DNA from: a virus
Taxonomy: Duplodnaviria; Caudoviricetes
Virus record (IMG/VR): IMGVR_UViG_3300045996_001309
Span: 1 to 61,452 of that record
Strand: one strand, 5' to 3'
DNA: 61,452 nucleotides
Below the pieces are notes generated by a model that was given only the letters and a program-made list of their open reading frames with translations, was not told the DNA's origin and did not search any database. Positions 1 through 8,185 of this stretch are shown piece after piece. Position 1 is the first letter of the stretch. Each line of letters begins with the position of its first letter. Both the position numbers and the translations under genes were made by a program.

Positions 1-155
1 GTGACCCCGTAATGAGCCACGGATAGTAGGGATCGTGCGACCGATGCCCCCCGGCGTTAGGGCCATTACCACCTGATAGATACACCGCTCCTGATGAATT
101 GTTGACGTTGGTCCCCACCCCGCCAGGAGGTGCCAGCATATCGTGTGTCAGACCT
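1..155. repeat. Terminal direct repeat, left copy (circular genome overlap)
   Basis: Bases 1-155 match 61298-61452 except at positions 23 (a/g) and 29 (g/a). Confidence 0.97.
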
Positions 156-2044
156 GTCAAGCTGATGCTCATAGTCGGGAATGGCGCACCGAGCGTAGCA
201 TACGACGCCCCGGCACCATCTGGGCCGTTGTTCAATGCCGGGATGCGACCAGTGCTCTCATTGAGTAATCCGATCCACGCCCAATGCATCTTTCCGAGCC
301 CAGCGGCGCGGGCTTGATTCCAACTGTTTTCGTCTTGTCGCAGCCAAGCGGTAGTTGCATAAGTGGGCAACGGTCCCTGTTGCGCCGTTGTCCCGGCGTT
401 TCCGATAATGTTTCCATTTCCAATCGCTGCGCCGGGACGGTAGAGATCGGTATCGCCACCAGCGCCGCCGCCTCCGCTTACGGTAAAGGCATCAGCAGTG
501 ATGTCCAGATCATATGGCGGAATCAGCCCGGCCGCTTGCCAATAAGTACGCTCGGCTGTGGTCAACTGTGACCGCAATTCGGGGCGGGTCACTGTCCAAT
601 TTGGATTGGCTGCGTCATCTGCCGCAGAATACCAGCCCTGACGATAAGCCTGACATATTCTTCGCGTCACCGTGAGCGTGCCTGATCCGGTCGCGGTTAT
701 GTCGGCTTGCGGGTCAAACCCGGTCGCTTGCACACCTGTCGCTCCGTTAATGTCAGGCCAGAAGCGGTAAGCCGATCCGGTAATTGGCCTGATCCAATAA
801 GGCTTGTTTGCGATCAGCCCAGTCGGCAACGTTCCGGAAGACGACACCGACACGCATTCCCCTTCCGTGAAGGGCGTAGACCCCAGATCCACCGTGTCGT
901 TTGCGATGCTGATGTTGGTCCCGTTTTGGGTTACGTTGACCGGGGCGCCCCAATTACGAACTGTAGAGCCGCCGTCCTTCAGCGTCGCGAAATACGAAGT
1001 CGCATCCAGCCCGACTACATTGAGCCAGGGCTGCATTATAAATGGCATATAAGAAATGCCGTAGACGCTCCCCGAATCGGTCGGGTCTGTGTAGACATCG
1101 ACGTACCAGCGATTCCACAGATGCGCCGTGTCTTCGCCGGCAACCCGCGTGATCGTGGCTCCACCTGAATGCGCCGCAGCCGTCGAGCCACCCGCACCGC
1201 GCGTCAGAAGGTTCAGCGTCGTGCCGTTCGTTACGGATACGAGCACATACTCGCTGTCGATCTTGACCATCTCGGTGCCGCTCGCAGCAAACGCCGCCGT
1301 TGAGCCGACTGTCACGTTGCCTGTCGTGCCGCTGGTCAGCGCTCCGGTTACTGTCGTGGTCGATGGCGTGTTATCGATTGCCGCTCCGTGAACCACAAGC
1401 CCGCGACGAACCGGCCCTGTAGCGACTACCTGGACGATGCCGTCAGCGATCAGCGTATTGAGCGAGGCGGTGAACGAGCCGCTCCCGAGAACGCCGTCCT
1501 CGTAGTGGCAGATGCCATCATTCGGCACTGTCGTGTACGTATAAGCGCACGGCCGCACGTCCGTGTATTCGATCTCGAAATCGTGCGATCCAGTGATATC
1601 CGCCGTCGTGCGGTTGTCGGTTCCTGGCGTGTATGCGCTCGATCGGCGATACCATTTTACCTGCTCAGTGCCGCCGGCAGAGATCGATGGCATGAACCTT
1701 GAGACGGAAGCGTGCCGGCACGAGCCGTCGTCCCATGTCGATACATCGTCAAGCTGGAATGCCCGCTCGGTGCCGTCCGCGTCTTTCGGAACCGGGTGAT
1801 TGGCTGTCAGGCAATCCGGCACCTCGCCGCGCTTCCAGACCATGCCGAATGTGTGCGGCACGATACCGCTGGCTGATCCAGAATCGTTTGTGATGGTTGT
1901 GGTTGCACCAGCCAACAGGACATCGCCGCCGCCGCCGCTATGCCCGCCGCGCTGGAACGGCGGTTTTGTGGATGCCGGGACAGCAGCGAGCATCGCTACG
2001 CAAGTCAAGCCGGTAAGCAGCGCGCGACGAGTGATCTTATTCAC
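1..2044 (-). CDS. 5' part of a ~1062 aa exported polysaccharide lyase-like fibre-tip enzyme (continues across the junction to 60153)
   Basis: Not in the ORF track. I read the frame by hand: GTG at 2044, no stop down to base 1, and in frame with the 60153..61436 ORF. Starts MNKITRRALLTGLTCVAMLAAVPAST-KPPFQRGGHSGGGG. PHTFGMVWKRGEVP...TWDDGSCRHASVS resembles the N-terminal domain of PcRGLX/YetA-like lyases. Confidence 0.8.
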   Translation of the reverse strand, partial: MNKITRRALLTGLTCVAMLAAVPASTKPPFQRGGHSGGGGDVLLAGATTTITNDSGSASGIVPHTFGMVWKRGEVPDCLTANHPVPKDADGTERAFQLDDVSTWDDGSCRHASVSRFMPSISAGGTEQVKWYRRSSAYTPGTDNRTTADITGSHDFEIEYTDVRPCAYTYTTVPNDGICHYEDGVLGSGSFTASLNTLIADGIVQVVATGPVRRGLVVHGAAIDNTPSTTTVTGALTSGTTGNVTVGSTAAFAASGTEMVKIDSEYVLVSVTNGTTLNLLTRGAGGSTAAAHSGGATITRVAGEDTAHLWNRWYVDVYTDPTDSGSVYGISYMPFIMQPWLNVVGLDATSYFATLKDGGSTVRNWGAPVNVTQNGTNISIANDTVDLGSTPFTEGECVSVSSSGTLPTGLIANKPYWIRPITGSAYRFWPDINGATGVQATGFDPQADITATGSGTLTVTRRICQAYRQGWYSAADDAANPNWTVTRPELRSQLTTAERTYWQAAGLIPPYDLDITADAFTVSGGGGAGGDTDLYRPGAAIGNGNIIGNAGTTAQQGPLPTYATTAWLRQDENSWNQARAAGLGKMHWAWIGLLNESTGRIPALNNGPDGAGASYATLGAPFPTMSISLTGLTHDMLAPPGGVGTNVNNSSGAVYLSGGNGPNAGGHRSHDPYYPWLITGS

Positions 2045-4262
2045 AAACAACACTCGTGTCTCCCGTTGCGTTAATGATGACCCCGGTGATGTATGGTATT
2101 CCATCGAGGAACAGCACGGTTTTATTCGTCAGAGAACCACCATCAGGGGTCACGTCGCACGAAGTTGGAACCAAACCGCCCTGCATCCGGCGGAACGCGA
2201 TATCCGTCGTCATCGTCGATTGCGCGCCGGCATTGGGGCCGGTTGGCTTTGTGATGTACTGCCGGATCGTCGCGCCTGAAAGATGCGCCTTGCCCGTCGT
2301 GTTGAGTCGGCCGCGAGCATTAATATCAACCGTATCGCCAGAGACGCTGGCGACGTTAATGATCTCAGCGTCAGCGGTTCCTTCGTCGATAACGAAATAA
2401 AAATTCACCGAACTGGCAAATGTCACTGTAGAAAACGCGGCGCCGCTCGCGACGGTGAAGGTTCCTGTTGTGCTTTCGTCTATGCCGGAAGTGAGCGTCG
2501 TCGTCGGGGAAGTTGGCGACAGCCCCATCCAAGCATTACCAACCGTGAATTCGAAAGCGCTTGCCGTGTCTGCTGTTATGGTCCAGGTGAACCCGGCATT
2601 GACGCAGCCCTGTGGATCGCCATCATAGATGTTCGCCGAGTCGCGTGTTGCGGTTCCGGGGTCGTCATCGATCGAGCTGTTTGAGAAAGCTGGATAGGCA
2701 AGATCGAGCTGGAACTGCGACTTGCTGTAAGCGACGCCGACCATCGCCCCCGATCCGTCCCGATCGATCGGACCCATAGTCGATGGGTTATCGTGATTTG
2801 CCATAGACCAACAAAAAGCGTGGCCGCGCCGCGCGTCCTGAAAAGCGTCTTTTGCCGTGATCTGCGATTGCCAATTCGAGTGTTGGTCGTCTTTGCCGAT
2901 GGCCCATATCGAGACAGGGAGATCGGTGCCTGGATCGGATGCAATAAAGGTCGGCAAGTCGGCATAGCCGCCAGTGCCGCCGAATGTCGTGCCGTCGTCC
3001 ATCAGAACGCTAGATGCCGTCGTGCCAAGGGTGGATGGAGCTGCCGCGACCGTCGCCTTGAACGGCATCGTCGCCGCCCAGGTAAGCCCCGCCCAACCAG
3101 CGCTGTTGCGCAGATCCATCCGCCATATTGGATATGTCCACCACCCGGCGGACACCCGCACGACGCCCGGATCAAATGTGCGGATACTGTCTATCGCGGC
3201 CCACGCACCCATTGATTGACCGACATGGTGAACTTGATTGGCATCCAGGCCGTAGTGATCGATTGTCCAGGCCAGCAGCCGCTCGTTGCGTTTTGCGGTC
3301 CCGCGATACAATCTGTTCGCCGAGCCGACTAATGCATTAGGTGTCATACCTAACCCCTGGTGGAACGTCTCGATCGTGCCGTCCGCATCCAACGGGTCGT
3401 ACACGCTGTCTCTGATGCGAATAACCAGCGGGCCGCTCAGGCTTAAGAAGGTGCCGGTTCCACCAACACCGTCTTCAGTCACGCCGAACATCGACTTCGT
3501 GCCGTCCTGCCAGCCCTCGGCGGGTATGCCAAAGCTCTCCCAAATATCGCCACGGGTGCAACTCACGGTCCCAGCACAACTACCGGGAGATGTGGATGCG
3601 TGCGCGACCCAGATAAGCGGCTTGCCTGCGGGGCTTGTTACTCTGCCGGCCGCCTCTGCTTGATCCGCCGACGCGACAGCCAGGATCGGTTGTGGTGTCG
3701 CGACGCTCTCGGAGATCGGGCCGGCTGAACCGATGTAGCTCAGGCTGCCGTCACTCGTATCGGTCGAGACAACCGCGTAATAGGCATTTGCGGTGCCGAG
3801 CGCGGTATAGACTTGCATCCCGGTAAAGGCATCGAGCATTGCGCCGGCATCGGTCAATTTCGACCGGGGTCGCGTGCCGTTCTGCCGATAGGTCTGGAGG
3901 TAGGGATTTTCTGTGCTGGCGGCCGGATCGCCGCCGGCAAGCTGTGCCGAGTTGTTTGGGATATAACTCGCGATCAGCGTTGCGCTGGTGTAGTTGCCCG
4001 ACGTGATCGGAGATGTCGAGCGGTAGACACGGTAGCGTGTACTGGCGCCTCCTGCGCCATCCGTTCCGACATCATCCCATGTGACAATGGTCTGCCCGTC
4101 CTGGTACTGAGCACACAGCGTCGGGACAGAGGGATCGCACGCTTGTGCCGACCCGCTGCCGCCGCCGCTATGTCCACCGCGCTGGAACGGTGGTTTCGCA
4201 TGGGCGACAGCAACGGCGACGCCGATAACCGCCGCTGTCGCAAGGAATCGTTTCATCGCCAT
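2037..4262 (-). CDS. Exported alpha/beta-hydrolase (esterase-like) fibre-tip protein
   Basis: Sec-type signal ending AVAHA. GQSMG nucleophile elbow, with candidate Asp (GKDD) and His (ANHD). Late RGRLNTTGKAHLSGATI module. Confidence 0.75.
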   Translation of the reverse strand: MAMKRFLATAAVIGVAVAVAHAKPPFQRGGHSGGGSGSAQACDPSVPTLCAQYQDGQTIVTWDDVGTDGAGGASTRYRVYRSTSPITSGNYTSATLIASYIPNNSAQLAGGDPAASTENPYLQTYRQNGTRPRSKLTDAGAMLDAFTGMQVYTALGTANAYYAVVSTDTSDGSLSYIGSAGPISESVATPQPILAVASADQAEAAGRVTSPAGKPLIWVAHASTSPGSCAGTVSCTRGDIWESFGIPAEGWQDGTKSMFGVTEDGVGGTGTFLSLSGPLVIRIRDSVYDPLDADGTIETFHQGLGMTPNALVGSANRLYRGTAKRNERLLAWTIDHYGLDANQVHHVGQSMGAWAAIDSIRTFDPGVVRVSAGWWTYPIWRMDLRNSAGWAGLTWAATMPFKATVAAAPSTLGTTASSVLMDDGTTFGGTGGYADLPTFIASDPGTDLPVSIWAIGKDDQHSNWQSQITAKDAFQDARRGHAFCWSMANHDNPSTMGPIDRDGSGAMVGVAYSKSQFQLDLAYPAFSNSSIDDDPGTATRDSANIYDGDPQGCVNAGFTWTITADTASAFEFTVGNAWMGLSPTSPTTTLTSGIDESTTGTFTVASGAAFSTVTFASSVNFYFVIDEGTADAEIINVASVSGDTVDINARGRLNTTGKAHLSGATIRQYITKPTGPNAGAQSTMTTDIAFRRMQGGLVPTSCDVTPDGGSLTNKTVLFLDGIPYITGVIINATGDTSVVCE

Positions 4263-4269
4263 TCCGGCA

Positions 4270-5541
4270 TCACTTGTTAGCTAGGTAGCTTATTGCGGGA
4301 GCGGATGTCGTAGCCGGGTTGGTGCTGTCTGGATCATCGGCCGTCTGGACCCTATCGTTGTCGTTTACGGCAACTGACATCGCGCATTCTACCTCGGTTG
4401 CGTCTTCATCTAGCTGACACGTAGCTACCTGAACACCGTTGACTCTTGTGCGGTAGATACGATGCTTGCCTGATGCGGCTGCGCCGGGCGCTTGCTGGAT
4501 CTTTATCCGTATTTTTGTCAGTGTCATCGCGCCAACGATGGTCTCGGCGTCAGCCGGCGTTGCGCTACCTGCCAATCCCCCACCCGTCAACGGATAATAA
4601 GTAATCGCTGTTGATGAGTTAACAGTGCCTAGGTTATCTTTCATAAAGATGAAAGATCCCGTTGTCGTTGGGCGGAAACGTGCCCCAAAAGTCGCCGTCG
4701 CGGATGCCGGCACGTTTACATCGTGTGGATTTGCTTCAAATTGTATGTCATCGCCGGCCACAACTGTAAACGAGTTGACCAGATCAGAATTGTCTGTTGC
4801 GGCTCCCGTTATTGTCGTTGTCAAGGCAGTTGTTGCGGCCCCCTTATCTACCGTGTAGGCGTAGCTTGCCGACCCGCCGGGCGCGTTCGACTTGACGTAG
4901 AACTTGTCTATTGTTCCGCCATCCGGAAGCGCGTTGATCCGGCGGTTCGCTGGCGTGTTAACGGTCGCGTTCGAGAATGGGGTAACGGCTTGCGTCACTG
5001 TAGTCGAGTATGTCACACCTTGCGCCGGAATAATCGTGTCTCCCGCTGTCGTTGGAACAAATGTTAGGGCAATGGTCATTAACGAATTAGTTGGTCCGCT
5101 AACCGGCTTGGTTATCAGAGTCCCGCGCTGTCCGGCGGTTATGGCAAGACTCAGCCCCTCAGCCTCGCAACCATTGGCGGCGTTGGTTATTTGACACGTA
5201 ACCGCCGTGTCTACCCCGTTGATGCGCAAGACAATATCCCAGGTATTACCAGCGCCGGGGAGGGTCATAGCGTATGCGCGAATAGCCGTGATCTGCCCCG
5301 CCACGGGAAAAATCATGGACTCAAACTCGGTGCCGGAGGCGGTCGCCGAATATCCCACTGGCAAGAACCTATCAGCCGCTCCGGACACTAGCGATGAGCT
5401 GGTGGTGACAAGCTCCTGCCCGCCGGTTACTGCCGGCGCGGCGAATCGATAGGAATTGATGAGCACATTGGCGGACGCCTGTCCCGCAAGCGCACAAGCC
5501 AGCGCGAAGGCAACCGCAAGGCTGGCGGTTCTCAACAACAT
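4270..5541 (-). CDS. Exported three-domain fibre adaptor/branching protein
   Basis: Signal peptide ending GQASA, mature start NVLINSYRF, then three diverged ~125 aa beta-rich repeats. Confidence 0.65.
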   Translation of the reverse strand: MLLRTASLAVAFALACALAGQASANVLINSYRFAAPAVTGGQELVTTSSSLVSGAADRFLPVGYSATASGTEFESMIFPVAGQITAIRAYAMTLPGAGNTWDIVLRINGVDTAVTCQITNAANGCEAEGLSLAITAGQRGTLITKPVSGPTNSLMTIALTFVPTTAGDTIIPAQGVTYSTTVTQAVTPFSNATVNTPANRRINALPDGGTIDKFYVKSNAPGGSASYAYTVDKGAATTALTTTITGAATDNSDLVNSFTVVAGDDIQFEANPHDVNVPASATATFGARFRPTTTGSFIFMKDNLGTVNSSTAITYYPLTGGGLAGSATPADAETIVGAMTLTKIRIKIQQAPGAAASGKHRIYRTRVNGVQVATCQLDEDATEVECAMSVAVNDNDRVQTADDPDSTNPATTSAPAISYLANK

Positions 5542-5554
5542 TTCTGCCCTCCTA

Positions 5555-7237
5555 TTATGCGCAAGTTCCGATTATCAGAACTTTCAGCCCCCGTGCGCCT
5601 GTACCAGCCGCGTCGATGTCCATCGTGATTTCGGCATCGTCCGCTATGGCGCTGTCGGAAATGACGGCAGGAGTCGCTGCCGTCGTGCTGGTCTTTTCAC
5701 TGGCGTCAATGCTGAGCTTTGTGGAAATTATCGATGATCCCGCCTCGTTGATATCGACAGTCACGAGGCCAGAGCTGCTGATTGTCGCGAGGCTTGAGCG
5801 CACTGCGGTAACGGTTAGGGCACACGGCGAGCGAAAAGTTACCTTTGCCGTTCCCGTTGTTAGATTTGTCGTTTCGTCCGACAGCGCGACCTGGATGCGC
5901 TCGATCGCCGGGTCGAGGTTCGAGGCAACTGCGGCACGAAAGTTAGAGCCGTCTCCCGATACGAACGCTTTCTTCCCCTTGGACAACCGTAGGGTCGCAG
6001 CGAGATCGATCGTCTCGGCACCGTTTGGATCGATCGTGCAGCTAAGGGCGTCGCACTCGATGTAGACGCCAAAGCCGTTGCCAAGCGTCGCGGCAGCCGT
6101 CAGAGGTATTGTCACCGCGCCAGCATTGGTTAGGCGAACGGTTTCATTCGCGTCGCCGGCAACGATCGTGCGGCTCGTGGTGGAGTCCGTGTTTACAGTC
6201 TCCGAAAGAGACAGCGTGCCAGAGGTCATCGCAAGACCGCTGCCGAGCGTTACCTCGTTAAAGGCACCGGCATTGTCATAAATTATGCTGCCGTCCGTGA
6301 CGCCAGAAAGATCGGCACCGCTGGGCGTTGCCCACGTCCCGTCGCCTCGCCAGAACGTGCTGCTAGACGCGCTCGTGCCGCTGTTTAGGTTGGCAACCGG
6401 GAGGTTGCCTGTTACGCCGGTTGAAAGGGGCAACCCGGTTGCGTTGGTTAGTACGCCGCTTGCAGGAGTACCGAGAGCCGGCGTCACGAGTGTGGGCGAA
6501 GTGCCGAAGACAAGTGCGCCTGTCCCCGTTTCCCCGGTGACGGCCGCCGCCAAGTTTGCCGTCGATGGCGTCCCCAGGAATGTCCCCACGCCAGTGCCAA
6601 GGCCCGAAACGCCTGTCGTTATCGGAAGACCTGTGGCATTGGTCAGCACCAGTGCAGACGGTGTTCCCAGGTCTGGGGTCGTCAATGTTGGGCTAGTGCC
6701 GAAAACCAGCGCTCCCGATCCCGTCTCTCCAGTGACGGCGGACGCCAAATTCACGCTAGACGGGGTGCCAAGCCATGTGTCAACCGCCGTGCCCAAGCCG
6801 GTCAGCCCCGCGATCGGGAGACCTGTGGCATTGGTCAATGTTAGTGCGGACGGTGTTCCTAGAGCCGGTGTAACCAGCGTCGGCGAAGTCCCAAACACCA
6901 ATGCCCCAGAGCCGGTTTCATTGGTCACGGCTGCCGCGACGTTCGCACTCGTCGGAGTCGCGAGCATTGTGGCGATGCCGGTGGCCGGCGTGATTGCGCC
7001 AAAATTACCGCCGCCCGCATTAGTCTGGAGATCGTTGGTACTGCCGGCAGGCGTACCGCCGCCCCCGCCTGCTCCACAAGCCGACCCCGTACCGGAGACC
7101 GCGCCCGTGGTATCAACCTGCAAGCACTGCGTCGATCCAGTGATGTAGTCGAGAATAAGATCGGCCTCAGCTCTCGGCGAGAAGGCAAGCGTCGTCAGCG
7201 CCAGCGCAACCGCGCTCGCGTAATTAAATGCTCTCAT
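5555..7237 (-). CDS. Exported fibre protein with three ~61 aa repeats and C-terminal adaptor domains
   Basis: Likely start is ATG 7237 ([25 protein letters not shown]) after a [23 protein letters not shown] repeats and a C-terminal [19 protein letters not shown]...GLKVLIIG domain, both typical of phage fibres. Confidence 0.8.
   Translation of the reverse strand: MRAFNYASAVALALTTLAFSPRAEADLILDYITGSTQCLQVDTTGAVSGTGSACGAGGGGGTPAGSTNDLQTNAGGGNFGAITPATGIATMLATPTSANVAAAVTNETGSGALVFGTSPTLVTPALGTPSALTLTNATGLPIAGLTGLGTAVDTWLGTPSSVNLASAVTGETGSGALVFGTSPTLTTPDLGTPSALVLTNATGLPITTGVSGLGTGVGTFLGTPSTANLAAAVTGETGTGALVFGTSPTLVTPALGTPASGVLTNATGLPLSTGVTGNLPVANLNSGTSASSSTFWRGDGTWATPSGADLSGVTDGSIIYDNAGAFNEVTLGSGLAMTSGTLSLSETVNTDSTTSRTIVAGDANETVRLTNAGAVTIPLTAAATLGNGFGVYIECDALSCTIDPNGAETIDLAATLRLSKGKKAFVSGDGSNFRAAVASNLDPAIERIQVALSDETTNLTTGTAKVTFRSPCALTVTAVRSSLATISSSGLVTVDINEAGSSIISTKLSIDASEKTSTTAATPAVISDSAIADDAEITMDIDAAGTGARGLKVLIIGTCA
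6400..6985 (-). repeat. Three tandem ~185 bp coding repeats in the fibre gene
   Basis: Three copies of TP(S/T)xxNxAxAVTxETG(S/T)[31 protein letters not shown]. Confidence 0.9.
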
Positions 7238-7238
7238 T

Positions 7239-7457
7239 TTAATCTCCGATGACGACGTTGCCGACTGCGGACACCCGCACCGTTCCGGTGGCTGAAATGA
7301 CAATGTTTCCGATAGAGGGAGGCGGTGGGGGTGGATTGCCTGTGCCGCCGCCTTTGCCCCGCGATTCACTGGCGCCGAAGCTAAAACCGAAGCCTTGCGC
7401 AAGCGCTGGGCCGGTGAGCAGAGACAGCACGAAGATAATCGCGAGAGGAATTTTCAT
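7239..7457 (-). CDS. Small exported head-spike anchor/linker peptide
   Basis: Signal ending GPALA, then QGFGFSFG, a Gly linker, a Pro6 run and a short beta tail. Lies directly after the spike-base gene. Confidence 0.65.
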   Translation of the reverse strand: MKIPLAIIFVLSLLTGPALAQGFGFSFGASESRGKGGGTGNPPPPPPSIGNIVISATGTVRVSAVGNVVIGD

Positions 7458-7461
7458 TGCG

Positions 7462-7821
7462 TTATCTCAAGGCGGTTACGTGCGTACACGTTGTGCCCGT
7501 AGCGAGTAGCCGCTTTATCGAATAAGGATAGGACAAGCCGGGCTGCACGTTAGGGAGCGTGACCGCGCCGGTAGTCAACGAGTCCGCCGAGAAAACCACC
7601 GCGATATTGCACGCCGCCGCGTCGCCAATGTGCAGCCCGCGCGTCGCGGTGATCGTGGTCGAATCCCCCGGTGTCAGCAGCGTGGCTGATCGCCCCTGGT
7701 TAAGAGTTGCCTGACCACTCGGCGCCGGCTGCGCCAGAGCAGGAACGACGGCAAGCGCCGCGCACAAAAAAACCGCCAGAAAGGCGGCCTCGCGAGCTAC
7801 GCGAGCTGTACGATTAAGCAT
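7462..7821 (-). CDS. Head spike base protein (RcGTA Rcc01079-like) with an added signal peptide
   Basis: TPGDS..TRGLHIG...VTLPNVQPG..PYSIKRLLATGTT matches my recollection of the spike-base family. Hydrophobic N-terminus ends VPALA. Confidence 0.7.
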   Translation of the reverse strand: MLNRTARVAREAAFLAVFLCAALAVVPALAQPAPSGQATLNQGRSATLLTPGDSTTITATRGLHIGDAAACNIAVVFSADSLTTGAVTLPNVQPGLSYPYSIKRLLATGTTCTHVTALR

Positions 7822-7888
7822 GGTGGTGTCCTTGTTGCTGCGAGCGCAAAACCCAACTTAGTCAGGAGTTATTTGGATTCGGATAGCC

Positions 7889-8185
7889 GTGACAAACGAC
7901 GCTCCCAAGCCGGCCCCGCTTGAGATCACCATCAGGTTCGATCCGCAGCGTGTGCGGGCAATGCTGCGAAACCTTCGATCCTTAGCGCTCACGGTCGCGG
8001 CCGCTGGTGGCGCTGTTATCTACGCGCTGCGTCTGCCGCTACTATTCTTGGCGACACTCGCTTTCGCGGCCGTCTTGGCAGGCGTAACAGGCTCAGGAAG
8101 ATCCCTCGGCTTATTCGCTGCCGTGTGGCTGATCTACGGTGTATTTTGGCTTAAAGCTAGGTACTCGCCGCTGATCCGCGACTAG
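7889..8185 (+). CDS. Small membrane protein (moron, opposite strand)
   Basis: Three hydrophobic stretches. Lone plus-strand gene in the virion operon. Confidence 0.6.
   Translation: MTNDAPKPAPLEITIRFDPQRVRAMLRNLRSLALTVAAAGGAVIYALRLPLLFLATLAFAAVLAGVTGSGRSLGLFAAVWLIYGVFWLKARYSPLIRD

Noticed and set aside
1-155. Diversity-generating retroelement TR/VR pair suggested by the A/G mismatches and BPP-1-like architecture
   Set aside because: There are only two mismatches, in opposite directions and both synonymous, and I recognised no reverse transcriptase in the genome.
6285-7148. Long plus-strand ORFs opposite the virion genes
   Set aside because: They are antisense shadows of GC-rich coding sequence, with no RBS or recognisable motifs.
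5555-7402. 615-aa ORF start at 7402
   Set aside because: It overlaps the 7239-7457 gene. The start at 7237 has an RBS and yields a clean signal peptide.
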